A DNA stretch of 64,000 bases from Halarcobacter sp. GTDB lineage: Bacteria; Campylobacterota; Campylobacteria; Campylobacterales; Arcobacteraceae. Position 1 is the first letter of the stretch. Each line of letters starts with the position of its first letter. A program made the position numbers and the translations under genes. This document shows, in pieces, positions 20,992 to 30,832 of this stretch. The notes under the pieces are model-generated. The model was not told where the DNA came from, did not search any database, and worked only from the letters and a program-made list of their open reading frames with translations. Location: the NCBI GenBank assembly GCA_048571215.1, contig CP182352.1, forward strand, positions 1,376,001-1,440,000, read 5' to 3'.

Positions 20992-22932
20992 ATGAACTTA
21001 TATAACAACGAAAAATATATTTTAAATATTATTAAATTTGGACCAATTCTATTAGTAATTATACTATCTTTTTTTATCACACAATTTTTTTTACAAAATA
21101 GATATAAAAATTTTCAAAATGAAATTAAAATTACTGAAAAAGCGTATCTGGAGAAAAACAAAGAAAGAGTTAGAGAAGAAGTTCTTAGAGTTTATAATTA
21201 TATTAATACTCAAAAAGAGCAATCAAAAGATAAATTACTTGAAGAAATAAAGTCAAAGGTTTATGAAGCTCATAAAATAGCTACAAATATCTATAATGAA
21301 GAGAAAAATAACAATAACCATCCATTTGATAAGGAACACACCTTTAGAAATATAAAATCAATTCTTAGCTCTATAAGATTTAATAATGGCAGGGGTTATA
21401 TCTTTATGGATGATATAAATGGAACAAAACTTATACAACCAACAAATAAAAGTTTTGAAGGTAAAAATTTTTTAAATTACAAAGATGCCAAAGGTTATAA
21501 ATTTGTAAAAAAAATTGTTGAAACTATAAAGAAAAAAGGGGAAGATTTTGACTCCTATTATTGGTATAAGGGAAATAATCAAAAAAAAGCATATAAGAAA
21601 ATAAGTTTTTATAAATATTTTGCACCATACCAGGCAGCAATTGGTGCAGGTGAATATGTTGAAGACTTTAATCTAGAACTAAAAAAACAAATATTAAAAA
21701 ATATAAGAGAGATTAGATATGGAGAAAATGGATATATTTTTGTTTATAATTCAAAAGGTCTAACCTTAACTACATATAGAAAAGATTTTATTGATAAAAA
21801 TAGATTAAACGATACAAATAACACTGGTAAATATTTTATTAAAGATATTATTAGTTTTGCAAAGAACCATAAAAATGGTGGTTTTCTTGATTATATATCT
21901 GCAACCAATCCAAATGGTACGCTATCTAGTACAAGAAAAATTTCATACCTTATATATCTTGAAGATTGGGATTGGATAATTGGTAGTGGGTTTTACCTTG
22001 ATGCTTTACACAAAGATATAGAAGAGAAAAAAACTATACTTGAGAAATCTACAAAAGAGGCTATTAAAGATATCACTTATATAAGTGTTATTATAACAAT
22101 AATTTTCATTTTAATATCTACTTTTATGTCAAAACTAATCTCAAATAAATTTATAAAATATAGACAAACCATAGAAAAAGAGATAGCTGATAAAATAGAA
22201 AAAGAGAAACTTCTACTCCAACAATCAAAAATGGCAACAATGGGAGAAATGATAGCTAATATTGCTCATCAATGGAAACAACCATTGAGTATAATTAGCG
22301 CCTCAAATAGTATGTTAAAACTTCAAAAGGAGATGAATAATAAAATAAGTGAAGAAAACCTAACAGATGCAATTGAAGCAATTGATGTATCTGTAAACAA
22401 TCTTTCAAATACTATTGATGATTTTAGAAACTTTTTTAACCCAAATAAACTTAGTGAATATTTTAGTATAAAAAAAGCTTTTGATAAAACTTTTAGACTC
22501 ATAAATACCCATCTTAAAAATTATGATGTTAAGATTATAACTGATATTGATGATATAGAGATAAATAGCCTACAAAATGAACTTTTACAAATCCTAATCA
22601 ATATAATAAAAAATGCAAAAGATGAATTAGTTATAAAAAAAGAGTTAAAAGAGAGATTGATACTTATTAGTGCAAAACAAAAAGATTCTTTTCTTATTAT
22701 CTCCATTAAGGATAATGCAGGTGGAGTACCTGAAGAGATAATTGACAAAATCTTTGATTCTTATTTTACAACTAAAAAAGATAGAGATGGTACAGGTATT
22801 GGTTTATATATGTCTAAGCAGATTATCAATAATCTAAAAGGTACCATAGAGGTACAAAATAGTAAATTTAAATATAAAGATACAAACTATAAAGGTGCAG
22901 AGTTTATAATAAAATTGCCTATTACGAAATAA
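20992..22932 (+). CDS. Sensor histidine kinase with tandem Cache domains
   Basis: 2 TMs; GYIF..YYW..KISF repeated; IAHQWKQPL H-box, DNAGG, GTGIGLY. Confidence 0.92.
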   Translation: MNLYNNEKYILNIIKFGPILLVIILSFFITQFFLQNRYKNFQNEIKITEKAYLEKNKERVREEVLRVYNYINTQKEQSKDKLLEEIKSKVYEAHKIATNIYNEEKNNNNHPFDKEHTFRNIKSILSSIRFNNGRGYIFMDDINGTKLIQPTNKSFEGKNFLNYKDAKGYKFVKKIVETIKKKGEDFDSYYWYKGNNQKKAYKKISFYKYFAPYQAAIGAGEYVEDFNLELKKQILKNIREIRYGENGYIFVYNSKGLTLTTYRKDFIDKNRLNDTNNTGKYFIKDIISFAKNHKNGGFLDYISATNPNGTLSSTRKISYLIYLEDWDWIIGSGFYLDALHKDIEEKKTILEKSTKEAIKDITYISVIITIIFILISTFMSKLISNKFIKYRQTIEKEIADKIEKEKLLLQQSKMATMGEMIANIAHQWKQPLSIISASNSMLKLQKEMNNKISEENLTDAIEAIDVSVNNLSNTIDDFRNFFNPNKLSEYFSIKKAFDKTFRLINTHLKNYDVKIITDIDDIEINSLQNELLQILINIIKNAKDELVIKKELKERLILISAKQKDSFLIISIKDNAGGVPEEIIDKIFDSYFTTKKDRDGTGIGLYMSKQIINNLKGTIEVQNSKFKYKDTNYKGAEFIIKLPITK

Positions 22933-24361
22933 CTATTTTATTTTTGCCACTATTTTTTGCTTTATACATACTCTCATCAGCTCTTTGCATTAACTCTTCA
23001 AAGTTATCATCTTTATTAAAAAGAGTAATTCCAATACTTAGAGTTACCTCTTTTGAAACAAAGTTATTAATTTTAGAGTCAGTATAGATGCTATTTTTAA
23101 TATTTTCTAAGACTTTTGAAGCATTTTCTAAATCACTGTTAGTTACAGCTATTACAAACTCTTCTCCACCCCATCTAGCTACTAAATCAGATTTTCTAAT
23201 TGAACTTTTCATAATTGCACTGATTCTTTCTAAAACTTTATCTCCAACACTATGTCCATAGGTATCATTTATATTTTTAAAATTATCAATATCAACAAAA
23301 GCCAAACAAATTTTTTGTTTATTTCTCTTACTCAATAAAAGAGTAAACTCTAGTCTCTTTTTAAAAGTCCGTCTATTCATTATCTTTGTCAATTGATCAT
23401 AATCTGCCAAAAATTCTAATTTTTTATTATACTTTTGTATTATATAAATAATAATACCTGTAATAATTAAAGCAATAACTATAGATATAAAAAGATTTAT
23501 AAGATATGCATGTCTAACATCTTTGATAAAATCACTTAATTTTGCATCAACCAATAGATATAAATTCAACTCAGATATATACTTTGTATTGATTAAATAA
23601 GTTTCATTATTTTTCTTAATCTCAAAAAAATTAGAAAATTTTGACAAAACTTTATTTTTATAGTTTGATAAATATGGTAGTTGTGATATATTTGTTATAT
23701 CTTTATTTTTTGACTTAGATAATACTATATTACCATCTTCATTAAAAAAAATAACATTGAATTTATATTTTTCTTTAAACATCTCTAACAAATCATCAAT
23801 ATATGAGATTTTAATTCCTACACCAGTTGCACCTAAATACTTATAATCTCTATCAAAAATTTTATAATTTATAAACATTATCATAGAGTTTGCTAAATTT
23901 TTATTGTAATCTAAATTTATTTCATCTTTTGATGCACTCTGTTTAAACTTAAAATACCAGTTATTATTAATATTTCCCTTTTTAACTTTTTCTATAAAAC
24001 CATCTTGCGTATAATAGTTTTTTGTCCTATCTGATACTAAAAAAGTTGTAAACATTTCATATTTATTTTTAATAACACTTAGATATTGTTTAATCTTGTG
24101 TTCATTTTTTTCATTATTGATTAACCAATCCTGAACAAAAGTGTCATTAGCCATCATTGAAGATACTAAATATGGTTGTATAATATGTTTTTGAATTTCA
24201 GTATATACATTATCTAAAGATAGAGGTAAAGCTTGATTTCTTAGTTGTTCCTGAGCACTGTTTTTTGATACAAGATAATTTATAGTAGTTGTAATTGTTG
24301 ATAAAATTATTAATAGCAAAGCTATTACAATTACAACACTATATTTAGAACTATTTTTCAT
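22922..24361 (-). CDS. Membrane diguanylate cyclase (dCache-like + GGDEF)
   Basis: DIDNFKNINDTYGH, RKSD I-site, RWGGEEF. Confidence 0.92.
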   Translation of the reverse strand: MKNSSKYSVVIVIALLLIILSTITTTINYLVSKNSAQEQLRNQALPLSLDNVYTEIQKHIIQPYLVSSMMANDTFVQDWLINNEKNEHKIKQYLSVIKNKYEMFTTFLVSDRTKNYYTQDGFIEKVKKGNINNNWYFKFKQSASKDEINLDYNKNLANSMIMFINYKIFDRDYKYLGATGVGIKISYIDDLLEMFKEKYKFNVIFFNEDGNIVLSKSKNKDITNISQLPYLSNYKNKVLSKFSNFFEIKKNNETYLINTKYISELNLYLLVDAKLSDFIKDVRHAYLINLFISIVIALIITGIIIYIIQKYNKKLEFLADYDQLTKIMNRRTFKKRLEFTLLLSKRNKQKICLAFVDIDNFKNINDTYGHSVGDKVLERISAIMKSSIRKSDLVARWGGEEFVIAVTNSDLENASKVLENIKNSIYTDSKINNFVSKEVTLSIGITLFNKDDNFEELMQRADESMYKAKNSGKNKIVIS

Positions 24362-24375
24362 ATAGTTTCATTATC

Positions 24376-24543
24376 TTATTCTGTAGCCTCATGAATAGCT
24401 TCTTTTGTTGATTCATAAGCTTTTGAAGTGCCTTCTTTTGTTGCATCCCAAGCATCAGATGAGTCTTTTTTCATCCCTTTCCAAGTTGCACAACCAGAAA
24501 ACATAGCTAACAACAAAATAAATAAAATTAAACTTCTTTTCAT
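24376..24543 (-). CDS. Small lipoprotein, entericidin-like (55 aa)
   Basis: Not in ORF track. MKRSLILFILLLAMFSG-CATWKGMKKDSSDAWDATKE...; lipobox FSGC; AAGGA SD. Confidence 0.8.
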   Translation of the reverse strand: MKRSLILFILLLAMFSGCATWKGMKKDSSDAWDATKEGTSKAYESTKEAIHEATE

Positions 24544-24685
24544 ATAATATCCTTAAAATATTTATATTATTAATATAACAATTTGAGATAATACTATAAA
24601 TAACTTGATAATTAAATTAACATAATCTCTAACAATTAAAACAAAGATTAGAAATCAGAAAAAACTTAACATACATCTATTTCTT

Positions 24686-26038
24686 TTATTTATTATTTGA
24701 TTTTTCTTTATCCATTCCCATTAATAGATGTAACCAACTAAGATTTCCAAAAATTCCTGCAAGTTCATAAGTTACTATTTCTAGATAATTTTTATTTTCA
24801 TATAAATTCAAAACTTTTTTTTGAAAATCATTTGGCTGAATAGTTGTAGCATCTACCCAAAACTTTGTATCTTTTCTATTAGATTTAATATAATGTATCT
24901 CAATAAAGTTTTTAACTGAAATTATATATTCATAAATAGATTGGTTGTATTTTGGAATATAGTTTTTATAAAAATTGGGATTTGTTTCTAATATCTTTGA
25001 TAACTCCATAATTTGTATTTGAAAAAGTGCAATACCTGTTGATTCTATAGGTTCAATAAAAAATGATGATAACCCTATTGCAATATTATTGCCAATCCAA
25101 GAGTTCCTATGCACTCCAGTTCTATATTTTAAAAACTGAAAATTGTCATTTTTCAAATCATAGAAATATCTATTTTCTAAATATTTAATGAATTCAATTT
25201 GGGCATCTTGTTTACTTGTATGTTTAGAAGAATAAACATAACCAAAGCCTATTTTCTCTTCCAGAGGAACATGCCAAACCCAACCATATTTTAAAGCTTT
25301 TGCTAATGTTGCATTTATTTTTTGTTCTTTTTTATCTTTATAATCTAATTTAATAGCAACTGCCCTATCACAAAATAATCTATTTGAAAATGTTTCAAAC
25401 TTACTTTTTAAATTTTTAAAAAGTAAGTTTTTGAAACCTGTACAGTCAATAAAAAGTTCTGCTTCAATACAAGAATTATCCTCTAAAATCAAAGATTTAG
25501 TGATTTGTTCTTCTTGTATTATATTTTTTACTGACTGTTCAAGATAAGTTACACCTCTTTTAATTGCAATATTTTTCAATTCTTTAGAATATAATAATGC
25601 ATCAAGATGAAAGGCACCCAATTCTAAATTATAATTACCAATATCACTATATTTTGTATTTCTTAATTTTTGAGCAAAAAAATATTTATCACTAAAAGTT
25701 AAATTATCCATTTGTGTATTTCTTAAACTCATAAATTGTTCATATTCTTTATTACTAGAAAGAGGATGTACCCACTTTGAACTATTTATTTCCATGAAAC
25801 TCTCAAACTCCAAAGTATATTTTAATGTGCCATTTACCTTTTTTAACCAAGCATTATCATCAAATAAAGAAAAAGTTTTATGAAATTGACGAATTAGAGG
25901 TAGAGTACTTTCACCTACCCCAATACGTTGATCATCTTTTGGATTTATCAATGTAATATTTAAATTATTGTTTTTAGATAAAGCAGCTGCACAAGACCAA
26001 CCTGCAGTTCCCCCTCCAACTATTACTATATCAATCAT
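24686..26038 (-). CDS. Flavin-dependent halogenase (tryptophan halogenase family)
   Basis: GGGTAG, IGVGEST, NGTLK (catalytic Lys position), FIDCTGF, GWVWHVP, FIEPIESTG. Confidence 0.9.
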   Translation of the reverse strand: MIDIVIVGGGTAGWSCAAALSKNNNLNITLINPKDDQRIGVGESTLPLIRQFHKTFSLFDDNAWLKKVNGTLKYTLEFESFMEINSSKWVHPLSSNKEYEQFMSLRNTQMDNLTFSDKYFFAQKLRNTKYSDIGNYNLELGAFHLDALLYSKELKNIAIKRGVTYLEQSVKNIIQEEQITKSLILEDNSCIEAELFIDCTGFKNLLFKNLKSKFETFSNRLFCDRAVAIKLDYKDKKEQKINATLAKALKYGWVWHVPLEEKIGFGYVYSSKHTSKQDAQIEFIKYLENRYFYDLKNDNFQFLKYRTGVHRNSWIGNNIAIGLSSFFIEPIESTGIALFQIQIMELSKILETNPNFYKNYIPKYNQSIYEYIISVKNFIEIHYIKSNRKDTKFWVDATTIQPNDFQKKVLNLYENKNYLEIVTYELAGIFGNLSWLHLLMGMDKEKSNNK

Positions 26039-26418
26039 AGATATTTTCTAATTTCATTGATTTTTTTTCTTGTATCTTCTCTTTTTAGTTTTATATTAGG
26101 AGGAATCTCTTTCCCAGTTTCCATTTGTCTTATTACCATCCAGTCTGTATTTCTTAAATAAGATTCTAAAGATTGAATAATTTGATTTGCTTCAATTTTT
26201 TCTTTTTGAGTAAATAAAGTATTTAAATAAGCATCTATTTCATCCATTTGTAGATGTGTAAGTAGAAATTTTCTACCATCTAATATATAAAACTTTTCTT
26301 TTGTAGTATAAAATAGGTGATTATAATCAAAGGATAAATAAGGTTTTGTTTGACTTTTTAATCTATTAGAATCTATTTTAGCACTAGCTAAATTATTAGT
26401 GTAAATCAACTCTTTCAT
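26035..26418 (-). CDS. Hypothetical protein with phage tail-assembly-chaperone-like C-terminus
   Basis: YLRNTDWMVIRQMETGKEIP..KREDTR resembles the L..TDW...R..ETG..IP motif of tail-fibre-associated proteins; ATGA overlap with halogenase. Confidence 0.6.
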   Translation of the reverse strand: MKELIYTNNLASAKIDSNRLKSQTKPYLSFDYNHLFYTTKEKFYILDGRKFLLTHLQMDEIDAYLNTLFTQKEKIEANQIIQSLESYLRNTDWMVIRQMETGKEIPPNIKLKREDTRKKINEIRKYL

Positions 26419-26456
26419 TAAAAACCTTTTCTAACTTGAATTATAAAATCAATTAT

Positions 26457-28472
26457 TTATATAGTTATCTCTTTTATATCAGCAATATTTTTAAAAGCTT
26501 GGTATACTAGTCCTATTAAATTTTTTCTATTATTTTTAATATTTTCATCTTTGTGGTTGACAAAAACATTATCAAAAAAGTTATCTAACTCATGCTTTAA
26601 TCCAAAAAGTGCATCTAGTTGCTCTTCATATGAACTATACCCAATATTAACTACATCAGAGTATTTTTTAAATAAAACTTTTTCTTCCTCATCTTCAAAT
26701 AAAGATTCTTCAACAGTTAATATAGAATCTGTATCTATATCTTTTATAATATTTGCTACTCTTTTAAATGTTGCTGAATATTCCTTAAAATTGTCACTTA
26801 ATACTATTGGGTTTAAAGCACACAATTTTTGAGAAATCTCATAAAGATTTGTATCTTTACTTCCTAAAACTGCTTTTATAACTGAAGGATTTGCATCAAA
26901 GATTTTAAATAATCTTTCATTAAAAAATTCCACTAGCTTATTTTTTTGTAAACCTTTATACTCACTAGCTAAATTATCAATAATATTATCTAAGTCAATA
27001 GGAAGTTTATGTTCCATAGTAATTTTTACAATTCCTGCAGCAGCACGTCTTAAACCAAAAGGATCTTTTGAACCACTAGGTATTTTACCAACACTAAATA
27101 ATGCCATAAGATTATCTAATTTATATGATAAAGCTACCAATGATGAAAATTTATTTGATGGCAGTTCTGAATCTTCTCCATCGGGTAAGTATTGCTCTTT
27201 TATGGCTGTATAAACTTTTTCATCTTCACCAGCAATTTTTGCATAATAGTATCCCATAAGCCCTTGAAGCTCTGTAAACTCATAAACCATCTCAGACATA
27301 AGGTCGGCTTTACTTAACATTACAGCTCTTGCAATTAGTTCTTTCTGCTTTATACCAAAAGTATCAGCTAAAAAGTTAGCTATTTTAAGCTCCCTTTCGC
27401 ATTTATCATACATAGAACCAATACCTTCAACAAAAACAAGTTTTTTAAGACCTTCATTTGATAAACCATTTTTAATATCATTTTTATAAAAAAACATTCC
27501 ATCTGCAAGTCTTGGTCTTAATACCTTTTCATTTCCTGCAATTATTTTTGAAAAATCATCTGTTTTAGAGTTAGAAACTACAATAAAATGGTTTGTTAGT
27601 TTATCATCTTTATAAACTGCAAAATATCTTTGATGCTCTTTCATAGAAGTTACAATAACCTCTTCAGGAAGTTCTAAAAACTCTTCATCAAATTTTCCTA
27701 TTAGTGCAGTTGGATACTCAGTTATAGCAACAACTTCATCTAATAACTCTTCATCAATCTCAATTTTAACACCATTTGAAGACTCAATCTTTTTCATTTG
27801 TTCTAAAATTCTATTTTTTCTCTCATCAGGATATAAAATCACTCCACTTTTATCTAACTTACAAAAGTAATCTCCCGCAAAATCATAAGTAAAAGGTTCA
27901 TAAGAAACCATTCTATGTGCAAATGAGAAATTAGATGACTTTACACCAAAAAGTTCTGCATCTACAACTTGTTCACCTAACAAAACAGATAAACTTCTAA
28001 TAGGTCTAATAAAAGTATCAGTTCTACTAGCCCATCTCATTGATTTACCAAAATTAAGTGATGATATAAACTCATTTATCATATCATTTAATAAGTTTTT
28101 ACTCTCTTCACCCTTTACTTCTTTTTTGTAATAAAGAACTTCACCTCTACCTTGGTCTATTTTCTCTAATTGTGAAACTTCAACTCCACATTTTTTTGCA
28201 AATCCAAGGGCAGCACCAGTTGGTTCACCATCTTTAAATGCTATTTTAACTGGTGCTCCATACATCTCTTCAACAGAATCTTCTTGAGAAACTTGAAATT
28301 CTCTATGCCATAATACTAATCTTCTTGGTGTATAAAAAAAATCAAACTCACAAACTAATCTATTTTTCTCTAAAATATCAATCCATTTTTTTTCTATATT
28401 TGGTAACTCTTTTAAAAAGGGAATTGCTGGTAATTCTTCAACACCAATTTCAATCAATAATGGTTTATGCAT
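26457..28472 (-). CDS. glyS: Glycine-tRNA ligase beta subunit
   Basis: LLIEIGVEELP, TPRRL, FIRPIR, EFTELQGLMG, GSKDPFGLRRAA. Confidence 0.98.
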   Translation of the reverse strand: MHKPLLIEIGVEELPAIPFLKELPNIEKKWIDILEKNRLVCEFDFFYTPRRLVLWHREFQVSQEDSVEEMYGAPVKIAFKDGEPTGAALGFAKKCGVEVSQLEKIDQGRGEVLYYKKEVKGEESKNLLNDMINEFISSLNFGKSMRWASRTDTFIRPIRSLSVLLGEQVVDAELFGVKSSNFSFAHRMVSYEPFTYDFAGDYFCKLDKSGVILYPDERKNRILEQMKKIESSNGVKIEIDEELLDEVVAITEYPTALIGKFDEEFLELPEEVIVTSMKEHQRYFAVYKDDKLTNHFIVVSNSKTDDFSKIIAGNEKVLRPRLADGMFFYKNDIKNGLSNEGLKKLVFVEGIGSMYDKCERELKIANFLADTFGIKQKELIARAVMLSKADLMSEMVYEFTELQGLMGYYYAKIAGEDEKVYTAIKEQYLPDGEDSELPSNKFSSLVALSYKLDNLMALFSVGKIPSGSKDPFGLRRAAAGIVKITMEHKLPIDLDNIIDNLASEYKGLQKNKLVEFFNERLFKIFDANPSVIKAVLGSKDTNLYEISQKLCALNPIVLSDNFKEYSATFKRVANIIKDIDTDSILTVEESLFEDEEEKVLFKKYSDVVNIGYSSYEEQLDALFGLKHELDNFFDNVFVNHKDENIKNNRKNLIGLVYQAFKNIADIKEITI

Positions 28473-28629
28473 CTATATCTTCCTTATTACTCTTCATCTG
28501 TTTTTTCTTTTCAATCTCATCCATTTTATCAATATGTTTTTGTATTTGTTGTTTATTAAAACCTTTAATAAACATAAAAATCATAAAAACAAAAAGAACT
28601 AACACTATTACATCTAATATTTCTTTCAT
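28465..28629 (-). CDS. Small membrane protein (54 aa) coupled to glyS
   Basis: Not in ORF track. MKEILDVIVLVLFVFMIFMFIKGFNKQQ..; stop overlaps glyS start (ATGCATAA). Confidence 0.7.
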   Translation of the reverse strand: MKEILDVIVLVLFVFMIFMFIKGFNKQQIQKHIDKMDEIEKKKQMKSNKEDIDA

Positions 28630-28894
28630 TATTTATCCAATTTCTGTAAAAAGTAAGTATTTTACCTAAGATTTACTTATTTCTTAGTTAGTAAAAAAAT
28701 TTGAAAATATTGAAAAAAACTGAAAATATAATAAAAACAAGAAATATACAGATACTAACGAATAATTAACACTATATCTTTATAATTATTCATGTGAAAA
28801 AAGTAAGATTAATCTCCTCCTACTAAATTTTAATCTCACTTTTAAAACTAAAAATAGTTTTTTAGATCCACATATCTTTTTTTTATTAAAGCCA

Positions 28895-29566
28895 CTAGAA
28901 TAATAGTGGCTTTAATCTATATCCAATATTTTTTTGAGATTCTATTAAGTCTTTTCCTAATCTATTTCTTAAATTCCAAATATGATATCGAATAACATTA
29001 GATTTTGATTCACTATCACAAGGATATGTGTTTTTTTCCAATTCATAATTTGACACAAACTCACCTCTTCTTTTTATTAAGTAATCAAGAACAAATAGTG
29101 ATTGTATCTCCAAATGTACATCTTTTTGGTCTTTTAAAAGTTTTTTATCAAATAGATTATATTTTAAGTGTTCAGTTAGTATTATTGATTCGCAGTAGCT
29201 GTGATATGCCCTTTTAATTAGTACTTTTATTCTAATAATAAGTTCTTCTATATCTGTATTTTTATTTAGATAATCATCACAACCATTTTTAAATGATTCA
29301 ATTAAAGTATTAGGGATTGAGGATAAAACAAGTTTCATGGTTCTATCATTGTATTCTTTTAAGATTTTGAGAATGTTAAAACCATCAATCTCTGGTACAT
29401 TTAAATCTAAGATATAAAGGTCATAAACATTTTCAAAGGTTTTATTTAAAAACTCCTGACCGCTAGTGCAAGTATCAACTAGAAATTTTTCATCTTCGAG
29501 TAGATCTTTTATGCTCTCTTGATATAGTGTATCATCTTCTAAAAATAAAATTTTTGTCCCAATCAT
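28895..29566 (-). CDS. OmpR/PhoB-family response regulator
   Basis: ILFLEDD, LYILDLNVP, C-terminal winged helix IRYHIWNLRNRL..IGYRL. Confidence 0.92.
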   Translation of the reverse strand: MIGTKILFLEDDTLYQESIKDLLEDEKFLVDTCTSGQEFLNKTFENVYDLYILDLNVPEIDGFNILKILKEYNDRTMKLVLSSIPNTLIESFKNGCDDYLNKNTDIEELIIRIKVLIKRAYHSYCESIILTEHLKYNLFDKKLLKDQKDVHLEIQSLFVLDYLIKRRGEFVSNYELEKNTYPCDSESKSNVIRYHIWNLRNRLGKDLIESQKNIGYRLKPLLF

Positions 29567-29590
29567 TTTTAGTCCATATTTTATATATAA

Positions 29591-29623
29591 TGAAAGATAA
29601 AAGAAAAACTCTTTTATCTTTCA
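29591..29623 (-). terminator. Terminator-like hairpin after the CydA-like operon
   Basis: 14-bp perfect inverted repeat TGAAAGATAAAAGA / TCTTTTATCTTTCA. Confidence 0.75.
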
Positions 29624-29629
29624 AAAAAA

Positions 29630-30823
29630 TTAAAGTATATTATTAAATAAAATAAACATACCCCAAGCAAAATAAATAACCATCCATGTCACCATAATAG
29701 TAAGAGTATAATTACCCAGTCTAGTTACAGCTACATCTTTTGAACCATCAAATACACCTTGATTTTTCCCAACTTTCCATGCCATAGTTAAAAGATAAGC
29801 TACACCTACCCCACCCAGGATTAAGAATGTTGATAAAAACATTATAATTGAAGGTAATTCAAGATTCACAGGATAATCATACACATTATATCCTAGATTA
29901 TTCATTAAATTAAATCTTATTAGTTCTCTCATAGCAGAGATTAATAATGCAACTACTACTAATACACCAGTTGTGATATAACTATTACTATTTTTATATA
30001 CAAATAAAAGTAAAACTACCACACCAGCTATAATAGCAAGTGATAAAGGATTTAATAAATACCCTTCTTGTAACATCCAAAGTACAAAAGCAACTGCACT
30101 GATTAGTAAACCAACTACACCTAATTTTGTCCCTAAAGATGCTGTATAATCAACAAATTCAGAACTAAAATCTTTTCTTGTACTCAAAAATCTACTATAG
30201 TTTTGTAAAAATATACCAACAACTGGGATACTTAAACTTACCATAAAAATCAATCTAATTGGATTCATATTAAATGTCCAACCACTGTTATCCACTACAC
30301 CATTTGGTGCATACATATTCATCCACTCATTTGGCATAATAGATGTTACTGCAAAGTTATGCATTAATAATCCTGCAAAAACTAAAATCAAAAATGAGAC
30401 AAACCCAATAAGAGTACCCCCTCCAGCTTTTGCTTTATTTGCATAATAATACCAATAATACATACTATAACCAACAATTAAAGTATAAATAAAAATAAAC
30501 ACCCACATACCAGATAAAGTATTTGTTACATACCAATTAGGGTCATAAATAACCTGTGTAAATAGTAACGGTGCAACACCTAAAACTATAAGTATAGAGA
30601 TACTTATTTTTCCTGTTTGAATTAAATGTGGTGTCATAATTTTCCAATGGGGATCACTATTTTGTTTTAGTGTTCCGAAAAGTGAAAGTCCCATTGAACC
30701 TAAAGCAAGTAAAACAAATGCTGCATGTAATGCCCAAGTTAATACATATAAAACCTGAAATACAATTGGATAAAAAGGAACTCCTGCTGGATCTCTTAAT
30801 GTTAATAATACTGATGCGTCCAT
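29630..30823 (-). CDS. Polytopic membrane protein, probable CydA'-like partner subunit
   Basis: About 10 TMs; TM1 His (LHAAFV), LGVAPLLFTQV, MRELIR; 9 nt after upstream gene with AAGGAG SD. Confidence 0.65.
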   Translation of the reverse strand: MDASVLLTLRDPAGVPFYPIVFQVLYVLTWALHAAFVLLALGSMGLSLFGTLKQNSDPHWKIMTPHLIQTGKISISILIVLGVAPLLFTQVIYDPNWYVTNTLSGMWVFIFIYTLIVGYSMYYWYYYANKAKAGGGTLIGFVSFLILVFAGLLMHNFAVTSIMPNEWMNMYAPNGVVDNSGWTFNMNPIRLIFMVSLSIPVVGIFLQNYSRFLSTRKDFSSEFVDYTASLGTKLGVVGLLISAVAFVLWMLQEGYLLNPLSLAIIAGVVVLLLFVYKNSNSYITTGVLVVVALLISAMRELIRFNLMNNLGYNVYDYPVNLELPSIIMFLSTFLILGGVGVAYLLTMAWKVGKNQGVFDGSKDVAVTRLGNYTLTIMVTWMVIYFAWGMFILFNNIL

Positions 30824-30832
30824 AAATTCTCC

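Noticed and set aside
24376..24543. Entericidin toxin-antitoxin pair
   Set aside because: Only one small lipoprotein is present; no partner gene
28630..28894. Possible T-box/glycine riboswitch or small ORF upstream of glyS (contains AGGAGGAG on the minus strand)
   Set aside because: No T-box or glycine aptamer consensus, and no suitably spaced start with an open frame after the SD-like sequence
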